Part shown: positions 41,418 to 51,864 of the stretch, one piece after another
How positions within the stretch are numbered: the stretch's first letter is position 1
Layout: each line of letters begins with the position of its first letter
Source of the DNA: a virus
Virus record (IMG/VR): IMGVR_UViG_3300023174_000084
Span: 51,581-115,580 of that record
Strand: one strand, 5' to 3'
Length of the DNA stretch: 64,000 nt
Made by a program: the position numbers and the translations under genes
The notes under the pieces: model-generated
The model's input: the letters and a program-made list of their open reading frames with translations, nothing else
What the model was told of the DNA's origin: nothing
Databases searched by the model: none

Positions 41418-44222
41418 TTAACCTATTAAGAGTATTTCATTGTCTTGAGTTATAATAGTTTGGTTGTTTTGTGTTACTAGTTCTGGATTTGAAGCCAATC
41501 CAATTGGACCATAGATGATTACATCTGTGGTTGATACTGTTCTTTGTACCGACATTAATGAATTGACTGTATTGGCCAAATTACTTGTTAATGTGATTGT
41601 ACCACCTTCCCAATCAACACTTTGCACCGTTTTCTCGGTATTATTGGCAACCAGAACTTTATCACCAGCAAAAACAATATCTTTTAATGGATACTGAGTA
41701 TTGCTATACTCACCATTATTGACAATATTATAAGAACCAGTTAATGATATTATATTTATGACATTACTTCCAGAATTTGCTGTGACCGAAGCAACATTTG
41801 CATAGGTCAACCAAACATTGTCTTTTAGAATTACGGTATTGGCAGATGGTCCAACAATGATTTCATCTACATCGGAAGCAATTTGAAATCCATTACTTAA
41901 AGTAATAAGAAGATTACTATTAGAAGCAATAAAGTTTTGTAGATTGGCACCAACCAAAGAGTAGAAATTAACAATATTATTACTTGCATTGGTCCATGTA
42001 GAACTCATGGTCACATAGGAACCTGTATCACCAGTATAATATCCTAGTGGTTGACCAGTTTCTAAAGCACTCTCTGATGTAAAGTCTACACTTGAATTAG
42101 ATTTCATAGCATAACGGCCAATTACTTTCATACCAGCTGGGTGAACCAGGTTTAGGAGTGTATCACGATACTTAGCAATCTCCGCTTCTAATGTAATCTG
42201 ATAAGTGAAGTTGTTGTAAATTTCAGATTGCAATACATCAAACGAACTTGGTTGGCCTGTAGTATCTAAGTATTGACCTTGACTGATAACCAGTCCGTTT
42301 AAAAATGTGGCAGTTGCATTGGCCGTGCCGTCACCATAATTAATTATACCAGTAGAACCAAATCGTGTAGCTGCATTAAATGTATTATATTGGGTTGATA
42401 GTTGAATAATTGTATTTACATCACCATCAATTTTAATTGGTGTACCAGAAACAGGATTAGCATTGTAATTAAATACACGCAGACGGTAAAGTGTTTGTAG
42501 TGGATCACCATTAGGTACCAAAACGGATGTTGAATCAACGGTAGCACGATAACTGGAATTAGCTACATCAGGTCCTTGATATACAATTTGGCCTGTTGTC
42601 GGTAAATCACCAATCGCTACGTTAGAAATTACAATATCTTGAACTTTAAGTGATACTTGTGGTGCAGCAATATAATCTTCACCTGGATTATTAATATTAA
42701 TAGATGTAATAGAACCTACACGATCCACAGTTGTTGAGAATACTGCACCATCACCAAGAATACCTGGAACATAGATAGATGCATTAGCGCCACCAGAAGA
42801 TGTGATTGTAAGATTAGGTAAAGCATCGGCTTTGTATCCGAATCCACCCAAAGGATAAGATAAACTTCCAGGTGGATAAACATAACTTATCATTGTAATT
42901 GAACCGTTACCATTTACTGCTGTCACATTGGCAGCTGCACCGAAACCTGAACCACCAGTAAAGACAATCTTATTATTTACCGCATATCCAGAACCCGCAT
43001 TGGTGATTTGAATAGGTGCAAGAATACCAAGGTTTTGTAAATTGCCTGTGCCAGTATCGGTAGTAAACAATGATTGTGCTGTAACTGTCGGTACATCGGT
43101 AATACCTCCTCCGGAATTTTGAACAATCAATGATGAGATAGGATAAGTTGTAAATCCAGTAAATGTAAACGCTCGAGCCAATGTATTACTAACATTTGAT
43201 ATGGCCGTGTTAGCAAAATTATAATCAGCTGCACCAATTAATACAGAAGCTTTTAATCCAATTGTGTCAATAGGAACAAATGCAACATTAGCAATGCCAT
43301 TTGCAGAAGGATCAACAGATGATACTTGAACAACTGCACCTGGAGAATTCGTAATATTAATTACTGTGTTTGGATTTTCACGATAACCATAACCACCTGC
43401 AACAACACCAATACGCTGAATTGAACCTGATGTGGTTTGACCTACAGTAGCCGTAGCACCGAGACCTGTATTTGAACTTAAACCACCATACACGATAACG
43501 GGATCACCTGGACGATACAATAATCCACGATTAGTTGGGCTAATTAAAATCTGGCTAATCTGACCTACAATTTTACCGGTATGTGGCATGCCATCTTTCA
43601 TCAAAACATCTTGGTCATTGGCATCAACTACACGAACTGTTTCACCTGACTGAAATAGTCGTTGAATATCCGAAACGAATAATTGAATTTTGTTACCGGA
43701 AAGAACAACAGCTTCAATCGTTGCAATTGATTTGCTGGTTTCACCAAAAATTCTGTAGTTAACACAATCAAAAAAGTTTTGATTATCCGAATCTAATCTA
43801 AGACTTTTTGCAACATACCATTTACCAGCAGAAGCACGCAACACGGCATCTTTAGTATAAAAGAATTCTACATCAGAATTAAATAGTGTTTTAAATAAAA
43901 ACTTAAATGATGCCTGAGTACCTTTTGATTGGTAGAGTTGTCGAGCAACTTTAGCAACTTTTACTTTATCAGCTAGAATATCTTGTGGAAAATATGGTAG
44001 AAACTCGTCATAAAAGTAATCAAGGAATTCAGCCGATGTTTTATCGATGTCAACATAGTTTAATATGTTTTTGCTTCTGTCTGTTACTTGACCTGTCTGT
44101 TCCATCCACTCATAGTATGCTTGTAAAAACAATACAAAATTAGCATACGCAGGATCATCCCGAACAAATTCAGGAAGTTGCGATGGTATGAGTAGTGAGG
44201 TTTTTTGACCTGATTCTATCAT
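41418..44222 (-). CDS. gp7: Baseplate wedge initiator (gp7-like)
   Basis: SQLPEFVR...FLQAYYEWME, LYQSKGT..SFKFLF, YNNFTYQI, LVHPAGMK; position after gp6. Confidence 0.82.
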   Translation of the reverse strand: MIESGQKTSLLIPSQLPEFVRDDPAYANFVLFLQAYYEWMEQTGQVTDRSKNILNYVDIDKTSAEFLDYFYDEFLPYFPQDILADKVKVAKVARQLYQSKGTQASFKFLFKTLFNSDVEFFYTKDAVLRASAGKWYVAKSLRLDSDNQNFFDCVNYRIFGETSKSIATIEAVVLSGNKIQLFVSDIQRLFQSGETVRVVDANDQDVLMKDGMPHTGKIVGQISQILISPTNRGLLYRPGDPVIVYGGLSSNTGLGATATVGQTTSGSIQRIGVVAGGYGYRENPNTVINITNSPGAVVQVSSVDPSANGIANVAFVPIDTIGLKASVLIGAADYNFANTAISNVSNTLARAFTFTGFTTYPISSLIVQNSGGGITDVPTVTAQSLFTTDTGTGNLQNLGILAPIQITNAGSGYAVNNKIVFTGGSGFGAAANVTAVNGNGSITMISYVYPPGSLSYPLGGFGYKADALPNLTITSSGGANASIYVPGILGDGAVFSTTVDRVGSITSININNPGEDYIAAPQVSLKVQDIVISNVAIGDLPTTGQIVYQGPDVANSSYRATVDSTSVLVPNGDPLQTLYRLRVFNYNANPVSGTPIKIDGDVNTIIQLSTQYNTFNAATRFGSTGIINYGDGTANATATFLNGLVISQGQYLDTTGQPSSFDVLQSEIYNNFTYQITLEAEIAKYRDTLLNLVHPAGMKVIGRYAMKSNSSVDFTSESALETGQPLGYYTGDTGSYVTMSSTWTNASNNIVNFYSLVGANLQNFIASNSNLLITLSNGFQIASDVDEIIVGPSANTVILKDNVWLTYANVASVTANSGSNVINIISLTGSYNIVNNGEYSNTQYPLKDIVFAGDKVLVANNTEKTVQSVDWEGGTITLTSNLANTVNSLMSVQRTVSTTDVIIYGPIGLASNPELVTQNNQTIITQDNEILLIG

Positions 44223-46294
44223 GTTTTGGCCGTAACATTAACGGTGATTGCTGTTACATCATACGGATCGATTGTAATGATTCGATTGTAAGTGGATGAA
44301 ACAATGGAAGTAGTTGGTGTTGTGGTGACTGCAAGACGACCAAAAGTATCATCTACTCCAATTGGACTAAACGAATTCAAAGTGATAACACCTTCTTGAT
44401 AATCGATTGTACCAATATTCGAATTGAAAATATTCTTGACGTTGTTCGTATCGTAGTAGTAACTTCTCAATGTACCATAACGACCTTCAAGATTTACAAT
44501 AGCTGCACCAAGTTGGCCTGTCGTATCACCATCAGCAGGCGTAATTGTTGCTATTGCACTGGTGTAACCATTTCCTGGTGTATCTACTGTGATACTTTGA
44601 ATTGTGCCACCAGAAATGACAGCTGTTGCTGTTGCACCTGTGCCATCACCCAATATGGTAACTGTAGGTGGTGATTGATAACCAAAACCAGGATTTAAAA
44701 CAGCCAAACTTTCAACACCGTTGGTAGTTGATGGCACTTCTTCAATGTAAACGCCGTCAACAATATTAGCTAAATTTTGCGGATCTCTAAACTGTAACGC
44801 TGGTGAACTACTTGTACCGGACAAATATCTTCCTGCCTGTAATGAAGAATTATAATACAGTTTATATGTTGTTGGTATTGTTAAGTTAGGTAAAAACTTC
44901 TTTTGTAATTTTAAATCAAACTCACTAGTAATCACAGCAGAACTATAAGTTTGTACCGTATTCAACAAGTCATAAGTATTGAATGTTGAATTAAATGTAT
45001 TGAGTGTATTGTTACCAAAGGTTTGAATGGCTGATTTTATGCCGGCAGCCAATTGTGTGGCTGTCTGAGTTGTTTTGGTTGGATCATAAACCACATTAAC
45101 ATTAAGTTGTATATATGTGTAATCGGGATCAACAATCGTAGGTGTAACAGTCAAAACAGAGATTGGTTTTAAAATTTCTTCAGTAATTCGTTGTTTTTGC
45201 ACCTGCGTTAACGTAAATGCTCCTGTTGGTTTTAAAGAAACAAACACTTGACCATAAACCGGCGGAACATTTTCTTCTCCACCCCATACATTAACTGCAT
45301 CAAACTGTAAACCTAAATTGTTTTGTTGAATGGCGGTAATGTAATCGTTCTTATTAACTGCACGATTTTGTGCTGAATAAGATTTTGGTGCTTGAAACTT
45401 GATAGATTCAATGGTTTCTTTTTCATTGCCTGATGTTGCAGAAGTAACAGGAAATACTGATGTGTTTGAATAACCAACAATTGTGTCCATTAATACAAAA
45501 TTGTTTGCACCGGCGGCCAATGTTCCAGAAGTAACTACATATGAAACGATGACAATATTACCATCAACAAGTTGTTTACCAATTACACCATCACCAAAAT
45601 AAATCTCATAAGTGTTATTCAAACTCTCTTGTAAAAAATATACTTTTGAATCACTAGTCACAGAAAGAAAATCGGTGGCCAAAGTATATACATCACTGGC
45701 TGCATTTGAAGAAGATTGTTGAACAATGACCGTAATGGTTGATGTATCAACATTCTCATCAGGTATTTCAAATGTATATGAAGGATTATTAATAGAATCA
45801 ACAGTAAAATTAAGTGTTGTGGCCAAACCTTGTTTTAAAGTAATATTATTAAAGTTAACTACACCACTTACTGTGTTTTCGGTATAAGCATCTGCCGTTA
45901 CAAAATTATAGTTTATGCCATCGATGGCTTCTGACATGAAAGAAGTAAATTTTGGTAACGTTAATGATGATTGAATCACACCATTAACTCGTAAATTGAT
46001 GGTGGCTGTAGGCGCAACGGCAGAACGAGGTGTATAATTTAACATTTTTGCTTGAGATACGACAGAACCTCGCTGAATAGCTGTATCTAAGAACATCTCA
46101 TTACCTACCATATTGAGGTAATAAGCATTGTATTGTGTATTGTAAGCAAGAATGTCTAATAGAGTAGAAAGTGCAGAACCTTCATAATTATAATCTTTTA
46201 ACACATCTTGAGATTGTAGATATGTTTTAAGGTTATTTTTTATTGTATTAAAATCCAAATCGGTCATTTGGATATTCGAATTTGCGCCTGCCAT
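44219..46294 (-). CDS. gp6: Baseplate wedge subunit
   Basis: LDFNTIKNNL, DYNYEGSALSTLLDILAYNT, IYFGDGVIG, QNRAV..NDY, VWGGEEN.PP.YG. Confidence 0.95.
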   Translation of the reverse strand: MAGANSNIQMTDLDFNTIKNNLKTYLQSQDVLKDYNYEGSALSTLLDILAYNTQYNAYYLNMVGNEMFLDTAIQRGSVVSQAKMLNYTPRSAVAPTATINLRVNGVIQSSLTLPKFTSFMSEAIDGINYNFVTADAYTENTVSGVVNFNNITLKQGLATTLNFTVDSINNPSYTFEIPDENVDTSTITVIVQQSSSNAASDVYTLATDFLSVTSDSKVYFLQESLNNTYEIYFGDGVIGKQLVDGNIVIVSYVVTSGTLAAGANNFVLMDTIVGYSNTSVFPVTSATSGNEKETIESIKFQAPKSYSAQNRAVNKNDYITAIQQNNLGLQFDAVNVWGGEENVPPVYGQVFVSLKPTGAFTLTQVQKQRITEEILKPISVLTVTPTIVDPDYTYIQLNVNVVYDPTKTTQTATQLAAGIKSAIQTFGNNTLNTFNSTFNTYDLLNTVQTYSSAVITSEFDLKLQKKFLPNLTIPTTYKLYYNSSLQAGRYLSGTSSSPALQFRDPQNLANIVDGVYIEEVPSTTNGVESLAVLNPGFGYQSPPTVTILGDGTGATATAVISGGTIQSITVDTPGNGYTSAIATITPADGDTTGQLGAAIVNLEGRYGTLRSYYYDTNNVKNIFNSNIGTIDYQEGVITLNSFSPIGVDDTFGRLAVTTTPTTSIVSSTYNRIITIDPYDVTAITVNVTAKT

Positions 46295-46295
46295 T

Positions 46296-46691
46296 TTATC
46301 TATTTCTCTCTAAAAGTAAGGTTACAGTTGTCGGTAATGTGGCATTCTCAATATAAAAACTGAGATAAACATTATATGCATTATTATCCGGTAAAGGAGT
46401 AACGATCACTTGATCTACACGAGCTCTCGGCTCATAGTTATCAATCATTGTAATAATTTCTCTCTCCAATGAAGTTGCTGTTAATGGAGATACCAATTCA
46501 AACAATAATGCGTTGAGATTTGAACCTAAATCTGGATTAAAAGGTCTTTCGAAATGATTAGTCAACAACAGATTTCTAATAGAACGAATAACCGCTTGGT
46601 CATCATAACTTAATGCGACATCCGCCGTTACCGGTTTCTTAGTAAAGGTAAAGTCGATGTCGGAATATATTTTTGTTATTGTAGTTGCCAT
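46296..46691 (-). CDS. gp25: Baseplate wedge subunit
   Basis: YSDIDF, SIRNLLLT...ERPFNP.LGS, YEPRA. Confidence 0.93.
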   Translation of the reverse strand: MATTITKIYSDIDFTFTKKPVTADVALSYDDQAVIRSIRNLLLTNHFERPFNPDLGSNLNALLFELVSPLTATSLEREIITMIDNYEPRARVDQVIVTPLPDNNAYNVYLSFYIENATLPTTVTLLLERNR

Positions 46692-46786
46692 CTTCTTATT
46701 TATTCTGCTCTAGGAGTAAAATCGCTTTTTTAGTATTTGAAATTGACGCAAAAAATTTTTGGGCCGGAACGCAAAATTTCGAATTT

Positions 46787-48016
46787 TTAAGTTTTTATGT
46801 TCTTTTCCAAATTCTCTACTTTTTCAGTTAATTCTTTAATCGCCTCAACCAATAATGGTATGAGTTTTTCATAATATATCGTTAAATACTGTTCATCTAT
46901 TGGTGCCGGTACGACAATTTCGGGAAGAATTTTTTGTACCTCTTGAGCTGACAATCCAACTTCTTTTTTTGGTTTATAACCTAAAGATTGTGCAGTTTCA
47001 TTGGCCTCATAGTAAAATCCAGTCAAAGTATTGACTTTTTGTAAAGCATTATCTATAATACCTAACCTTTTTTTCAATCTGTCATCAGAGTAATAAGCTG
47101 TAATATTATCCGTAGCACGAATTTCACCAGACACACCGGATGCTGGCGTTCCTACACCAAAAGAACCAAATTGAACAGAAGCACCAGTATTAATATCTTG
47201 AGGTAAAGATAATTGTGGAATCGTAGTTGTACCACCTACAGTAATTTGGTTTGTGGTACCCGTAATCGATGAAACTTTGTTATTTGCTACGTTAAATGCA
47301 CCTTGAGCCAAACCATTTGCACCGTTGGCTGTTTCTCTCGCAACTGAGTCAATTGCAGAGATACCACCAGAAGAAATTGAAGCGAGAGCAGTATTTGCAG
47401 CTCCATAAGCTGAGGATGCATAACTATTTACCGCAGTAATTTGAGTATTCTGCCAAGTATCAACTCCTTGGATAACAGTAATACTAGTATTTTGATTACT
47501 ATTGATTGTTTCGATACTATTCAACCTAGTATTCTGTGTATTATCCACACCTTGTATAATACTAATAGAAGTATTTTGATTAGTATTAATGGTTTCAATA
47601 CTATCGAGTCTTGTATTTTGAGTTACATCAACACCTTGAATAATAGAAATACTAGTATTTTGTGTAATATTTACACCTTGTAATATAATAGTATTGGCCT
47701 GAGCTGATATAGCTATCTGCCTTGCTACGTTGTCGACCGCAGCACCACCTTGAATAGTATTTGCATAATCATAAACGGTTTGTGCTAAATTAGTTGCTGT
47801 ATTGGCTTGATTGTATCCTGCTGTGGCAATACCTGTGGCCACGTTAGCTTGATTGTATGCAGGATCTTCTACTGGAGGTAAATCAGGATACAACGAAGTA
47901 ATCGTAATTGTTCCGTTAGCAACAGAAACTCCACCACTCACACTGGCAATTGACGGTATTCCGTAATTTAATACTTTTTGTATAGAAGATGACGGAACGG
48001 CTATTGTATAATTCAT
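46787..48016 (-). CDS. Fibre protein with S74-like chaperone
   Basis: IIQGVD repeats; C-terminus closely similar to 28935-30929; YYSDDRLKK. Confidence 0.83.
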   Translation of the reverse strand: MNYTIAVPSSSIQKVLNYGIPSIASVSGGVSVANGTITITSLYPDLPPVEDPAYNQANVATGIATAGYNQANTATNLAQTVYDYANTIQGGAAVDNVARQIAISAQANTIILQGVNITQNTSISIIQGVDVTQNTRLDSIETINTNQNTSISIIQGVDNTQNTRLNSIETINSNQNTSITVIQGVDTWQNTQITAVNSYASSAYGAANTALASISSGGISAIDSVARETANGANGLAQGAFNVANNKVSSITGTTNQITVGGTTTIPQLSLPQDINTGASVQFGSFGVGTPASGVSGEIRATDNITAYYSDDRLKKRLGIIDNALQKVNTLTGFYYEANETAQSLGYKPKKEVGLSAQEVQKILPEIVVPAPIDEQYLTIYYEKLIPLLVEAIKELTEKVENLEKNIKT

Positions 48017-48813
48017 GATGTAAATCCTAAATCATCTTTTAATTTATCTGTGCCAACAATTTCAATTAAACTGTTTTGTGTTGCACCAGTATTTGAGAAT
48101 TGTAATATATACGAATATTCATTTAATATTTCATATGAATTTGTATAAAATGTAATGTCGCCACTAGTTCGTGCATTAATTTCATTTGTAAATACTTGAA
48201 CATCAGAAATAATTGTATTCATTGCAGAATTTGTTATATTACTGTTGGCACCAATAAATGAGTTGGCTAATGTAATATAGTCGTTGCGTATTTTTGTGGT
48301 AGAATCAGAAATTGTATTTGCAATATACAAACTAGTAAAATTACCAAGAATTGGCACATTGTTTTGCACACCATCAGATTTATTAACAATTTGTAATATT
48401 TGACGACCAACATTAAGTCCAGAATTTAAATCTGGAAAAGCTGCCGTATTGGATGACTGTGTTACACCGGATAGATTATTTGTATGGTTTGTAAAGTTTG
48501 TAAGCGCTGTTTGTGCAGAACTAGCCGCAGCTAACATTGTATTTGCTAAATCCGGATTATCATAACCATATGCTTCTGTATTGGCATAAGCAACAATCCC
48601 TGTAATAAACACAGCCAATTCACCAATATTATCATTATATGGATTTTCATAATAACCACCCACAGCAGTATTGGCAATATCATCAATTTGCCATGTGGAC
48701 AAATCAATTGAAGAATTTTTAAGAAAGTTTTCTACACCAGGTGTGAGAGCATCATCACCTTTAAAATTGGTGGTATCAAAATTAAATCCTAAGCGTCCGT
48801 ATATACTTCCCAT
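48013..48813 (-). CDS. Hypothetical (probable virion) protein
   Basis: 266 aa Asn/Thr-rich ORF coupled to both neighbours. Confidence 0.7.
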   Translation of the reverse strand: MGSIYGRLGFNFDTTNFKGDDALTPGVENFLKNSSIDLSTWQIDDIANTAVGGYYENPYNDNIGELAVFITGIVAYANTEAYGYDNPDLANTMLAAASSAQTALTNFTNHTNNLSGVTQSSNTAAFPDLNSGLNVGRQILQIVNKSDGVQNNVPILGNFTSLYIANTISDSTTKIRNDYITLANSFIGANSNITNSAMNTIISDVQVFTNEINARTSGDITFYTNSYEILNEYSYILQFSNTGATQNSLIEIVGTDKLKDDLGFTS

Positions 48814-49553
48814 TATGTCTCCATTGGCTTAGTTGGTGGTGATGTCGGCCGACCTTTGTTACCAATATGAACGTGTTGATTGACTTTCATGCGGAACATT
48901 TGTACCGAGCCAAACATATCAGACACCATTGGAGCAAACATTGAAACACCTGCATTAATTGTTGTACCAGCAATCATATAACCAATCGTTTCAACCGATT
49001 TAGTTGCTGATAATGAAATCTTAGCGGTAATATTACCATCTGCTTGTATCGATTGTGAACAACCAATATCACCACGAACCATTAAGTCTGCATTAATATT
49101 AACTGTTGAGGCACCCAAATTAATGTCACCTGAAGCATCAATATCTAAATCACCATTGACAATTTGCCTAGAATCACCTTGCACAATTTGTTTAACACTA
49201 CCTTTAATATTTTCATAGGCGTCACCATCAATCTGTGTATATGCATCACCTTTTACATTTAATACCGAATCACCTTCAATCGTAATGTTACAGACACCTT
49301 TAATTAATACATTTTTATCAGAAGCAATAATCTCATAACCTTTGCCAATAATTTTGTGTACCTCATCACCATTTGGATGCATTTCAATAAATGAACCAGA
49401 ACGGTGTTGTATACGAACACGCTCACGAGTTGGTGTATCATCCATTTCAAATGAATGGCCAGATTCAGTTTGCTGAATTGTGTTATACGGATATATCGGC
49501 TGATAATCGGTATTGGCTGCTGATTCGGGTTCAGTCCATGCGTATATTGTCAT
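48813..49553 (-). CDS. Baseplate central spike, gp5 C-terminal part (beta-helix, HxH tip)
   Basis: YPYN....TESGH.FEMDDTP..ER....HRSG...E..P.G motif of gp5; V.G repeats; terminal HVH. Confidence 0.85.
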   Translation of the reverse strand: MTIYAWTEPESAANTDYQPIYPYNTIQQTESGHSFEMDDTPTRERVRIQHRSGSFIEMHPNGDEVHKIIGKGYEIIASDKNVLIKGVCNITIEGDSVLNVKGDAYTQIDGDAYENIKGSVKQIVQGDSRQIVNGDLDIDASGDINLGASTVNINADLMVRGDIGCSQSIQADGNITAKISLSATKSVETIGYMIAGTTINAGVSMFAPMVSDMFGSVQMFRMKVNQHVHIGNKGRPTSPPTKPMET

Positions 49554-50482
49554 TATGGTTTTTGTGTATTACCTGTAGGTGATAAAGGTTTCTCATTTTC
49601 AATAATTAATTGTGCATCTTGAACAACTGCTAACTGGTCTTGTCGTATGCCTTCCACTTCTTTTGCAATATCTTTACCAACAGTAATTGCCTCCGAAATA
49701 CCTTGCGTAGCTGCACTTAAACACTCACTTAAAAATTTTGCAATTCGTGCTGGTAATGTAGCAATATATTGTATTAATTCTTGTAATGATTGTATAAATT
49801 TCTGTATATCTTGCAATGGTTCTAATTGATCACGAATAAATTTTTGTATTTGTTTTACTTTTGCTTTAATGGTTTTAATGGCATTACGGATCTCATCTGC
49901 AAATGGTGAAGAAGCTGTAGAAGCCCATAGACCTTCAATTGTTGTTCGTAATGTATTAATCAAACCACTTACTTGTATAGTTAGTTTTGCTATCTCAAAT
50001 TTAATGCCAGCAGGTATATCACACACATGAGCCAAATTAGAATTGGCCTGTGAAATGGCTGTATTTGCAACCACGCCTCGTGCTAGTGGTGCCAATGTTG
50101 GTTGACCCACTTGATACTGTATTTGACCTGCAGGTGGTTGTGCTGGTACTAGTTTACTTTGTGGTGAAAAACCTTTTGATTTATCATAAGATGTTTCAAA
50201 ACCAGGAAATACACCCAGCAATACTGGTGCCTGTGCCGATTCTCCATCAGAGAAAAATCCCATCACATAATCACCTAATCTTGGTGGACTAAATGTTTTT
50301 GAATTACTAGGTGATAACGATGGTTGAGCCCATGGTAAATCTTTAGTTGGTAGTTCTTGTAAATTATCAGTATGATAACCAAATATGCGAACACGCACTC
50401 GGCCAGTCTTTAAAGGATCAGCAATATCCTCTACAACACCGTACCACCAATTAAATCCGTCTTTACCTAGAAAATTATTCAT
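49553..50482 (-). CDS. gp5: Baseplate hub gp5 N-terminal OB-fold part (no lysozyme domain)
   Basis: WWYGVVED..DPLKTGRVRVRIFGYH...LPWA...VMGFF.DG..AQ.P. Confidence 0.88.
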   Translation of the reverse strand: MNNFLGKDGFNWWYGVVEDIADPLKTGRVRVRIFGYHTDNLQELPTKDLPWAQPSLSPSNSKTFSPPRLGDYVMGFFSDGESAQAPVLLGVFPGFETSYDKSKGFSPQSKLVPAQPPAGQIQYQVGQPTLAPLARGVVANTAISQANSNLAHVCDIPAGIKFEIAKLTIQVSGLINTLRTTIEGLWASTASSPFADEIRNAIKTIKAKVKQIQKFIRDQLEPLQDIQKFIQSLQELIQYIATLPARIAKFLSECLSAATQGISEAITVGKDIAKEVEGIRQDQLAVVQDAQLIIENEKPLSPTGNTQKP

Positions 50483-51863
50483 TTACAGCTTCTCTAAATT
50501 CTGAACTATTATTGTTAATTTGTGAATAGGCTGTTGGCGAACTATCTTTAGTAATCTCTAAAACAGTTTGATATGCTCCAGCTGATGTAATAATATGTCT
50601 TACAGCACTCACCAAATAAGTTCCTGAATAATATCTATCCAACTCTTTTTTGTTGGTTGACGGTTTCAATGTCAATAAATTAAAATTAATGGTGCGTCCA
50701 GCAGTGATACCAGGATCACCAGGTATGGTAATTTTAACCACAGTATAATTGACCAAACCAAGTTGTGCTGTTCTTAATGGTATATAATTCTCAATCGCAA
50801 TGTCTTTTGCAACAGAACCAGGAATGTCTTTAACATATTGTAATTGATTCTGAGAAGCATTTGATGTTAATACTTTAATACGAGAATCATAAGATTCGTT
50901 TTGTGTTTTGCCTAACCTATTTCTGAGTGGCACTAACACATCATTTTTATTCAGAGAAGATGTTTTCTTTTTTTCAAAGTAATCTTTATAATTAAACTCG
51001 GTTGTTTTATATGTTCTTGCTAATGGATCAATCGATATTAACTTATTGGCAAATGTACCAGAATTAATATCTTTTAATGCGTCATAAGTTTTAACAAACT
51101 CATAGTCCAATACTGTGATAGTTTTTTCTTGAAAATCTTGCACCGAATCTTCAATATTCTTGGCCTGATAACGATAAGTGGCATAAATTGGTTCTTTAAA
51201 CATTGATTGCAACGACCGGTAGTTGAAACCATTTTTAGTTTCAAAGAATAACATATCAGCGCCTACTGTTCCCGTTATCTTTGGTCTTGCATAAGTGGAC
51301 AACCAACTAATTGCTTCAAAAGGCTTCAAACGAGGTATAACAAAATTATACATGCCAATTGTTTGTTCTATTACTTGTATGTTTTTTTTCTTTACTTTTA
51401 ACTTCTCAACCAAAATATCTTCAATAATTTTGGATATTTCTACACCAGAATATGATTTACTGATTTTTATTTGTTCAGATAACAATAATTCTTCAGAACA
51501 AAAGTATAGTGTATATACTTCGCTGTTCATATTACCGCTAGGTTTTCTATCACTTGTCTTATAGATACGAAACAACTGATCGGTTGAATTGGTGCCTGTT
51601 CTTATTTTACCAAAATTAATTTCAATATATTCGTTGCCGGTTAACTGAAAGAGTTCTAGGAATCCTTGTGCATCAACCAATGTAACATAACCAGAAGTAA
51701 CAAAGCTGTAGATGTCCTCATAATATGATAATTCAACCAATAGTTTCTTCAACTCAAATTTTTGACCACTTGCGGTCAACAGATTGAGTGTCTGTATCGA
51801 AAAGTCTTGGGGATAATATGCACCAGGAGATTCAACCACTGGAACTTGTTGATTGTTTTCCAT
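50475..51863 (-). CDS. Baseplate hub protein (gp27/VgrG-N-like)
   Basis: YEDI....SG...LVD..G....L.GNEYIEI; C-terminal IPGDPGITAG...YSGTYLVSAVRH; between gp53 and gp5. Confidence 0.72.
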   Translation of the reverse strand: MENNQQVPVVESPGAYYPQDFSIQTLNLLTASGQKFELKKLLVELSYYEDIYSFVTSGYVTLVDAQGFLELFQLTGNEYIEINFGKIRTGTNSTDQLFRIYKTSDRKPSGNMNSEVYTLYFCSEELLLSEQIKISKSYSGVEISKIIEDILVEKLKVKKKNIQVIEQTIGMYNFVIPRLKPFEAISWLSTYARPKITGTVGADMLFFETKNGFNYRSLQSMFKEPIYATYRYQAKNIEDSVQDFQEKTITVLDYEFVKTYDALKDINSGTFANKLISIDPLARTYKTTEFNYKDYFEKKKTSSLNKNDVLVPLRNRLGKTQNESYDSRIKVLTSNASQNQLQYVKDIPGSVAKDIAIENYIPLRTAQLGLVNYTVVKITIPGDPGITAGRTINFNLLTLKPSTNKKELDRYYSGTYLVSAVRHIITSAGAYQTVLEITKDSSPTAYSQINNNSSEFREAVNE

Positions 51864-51864
51864 A

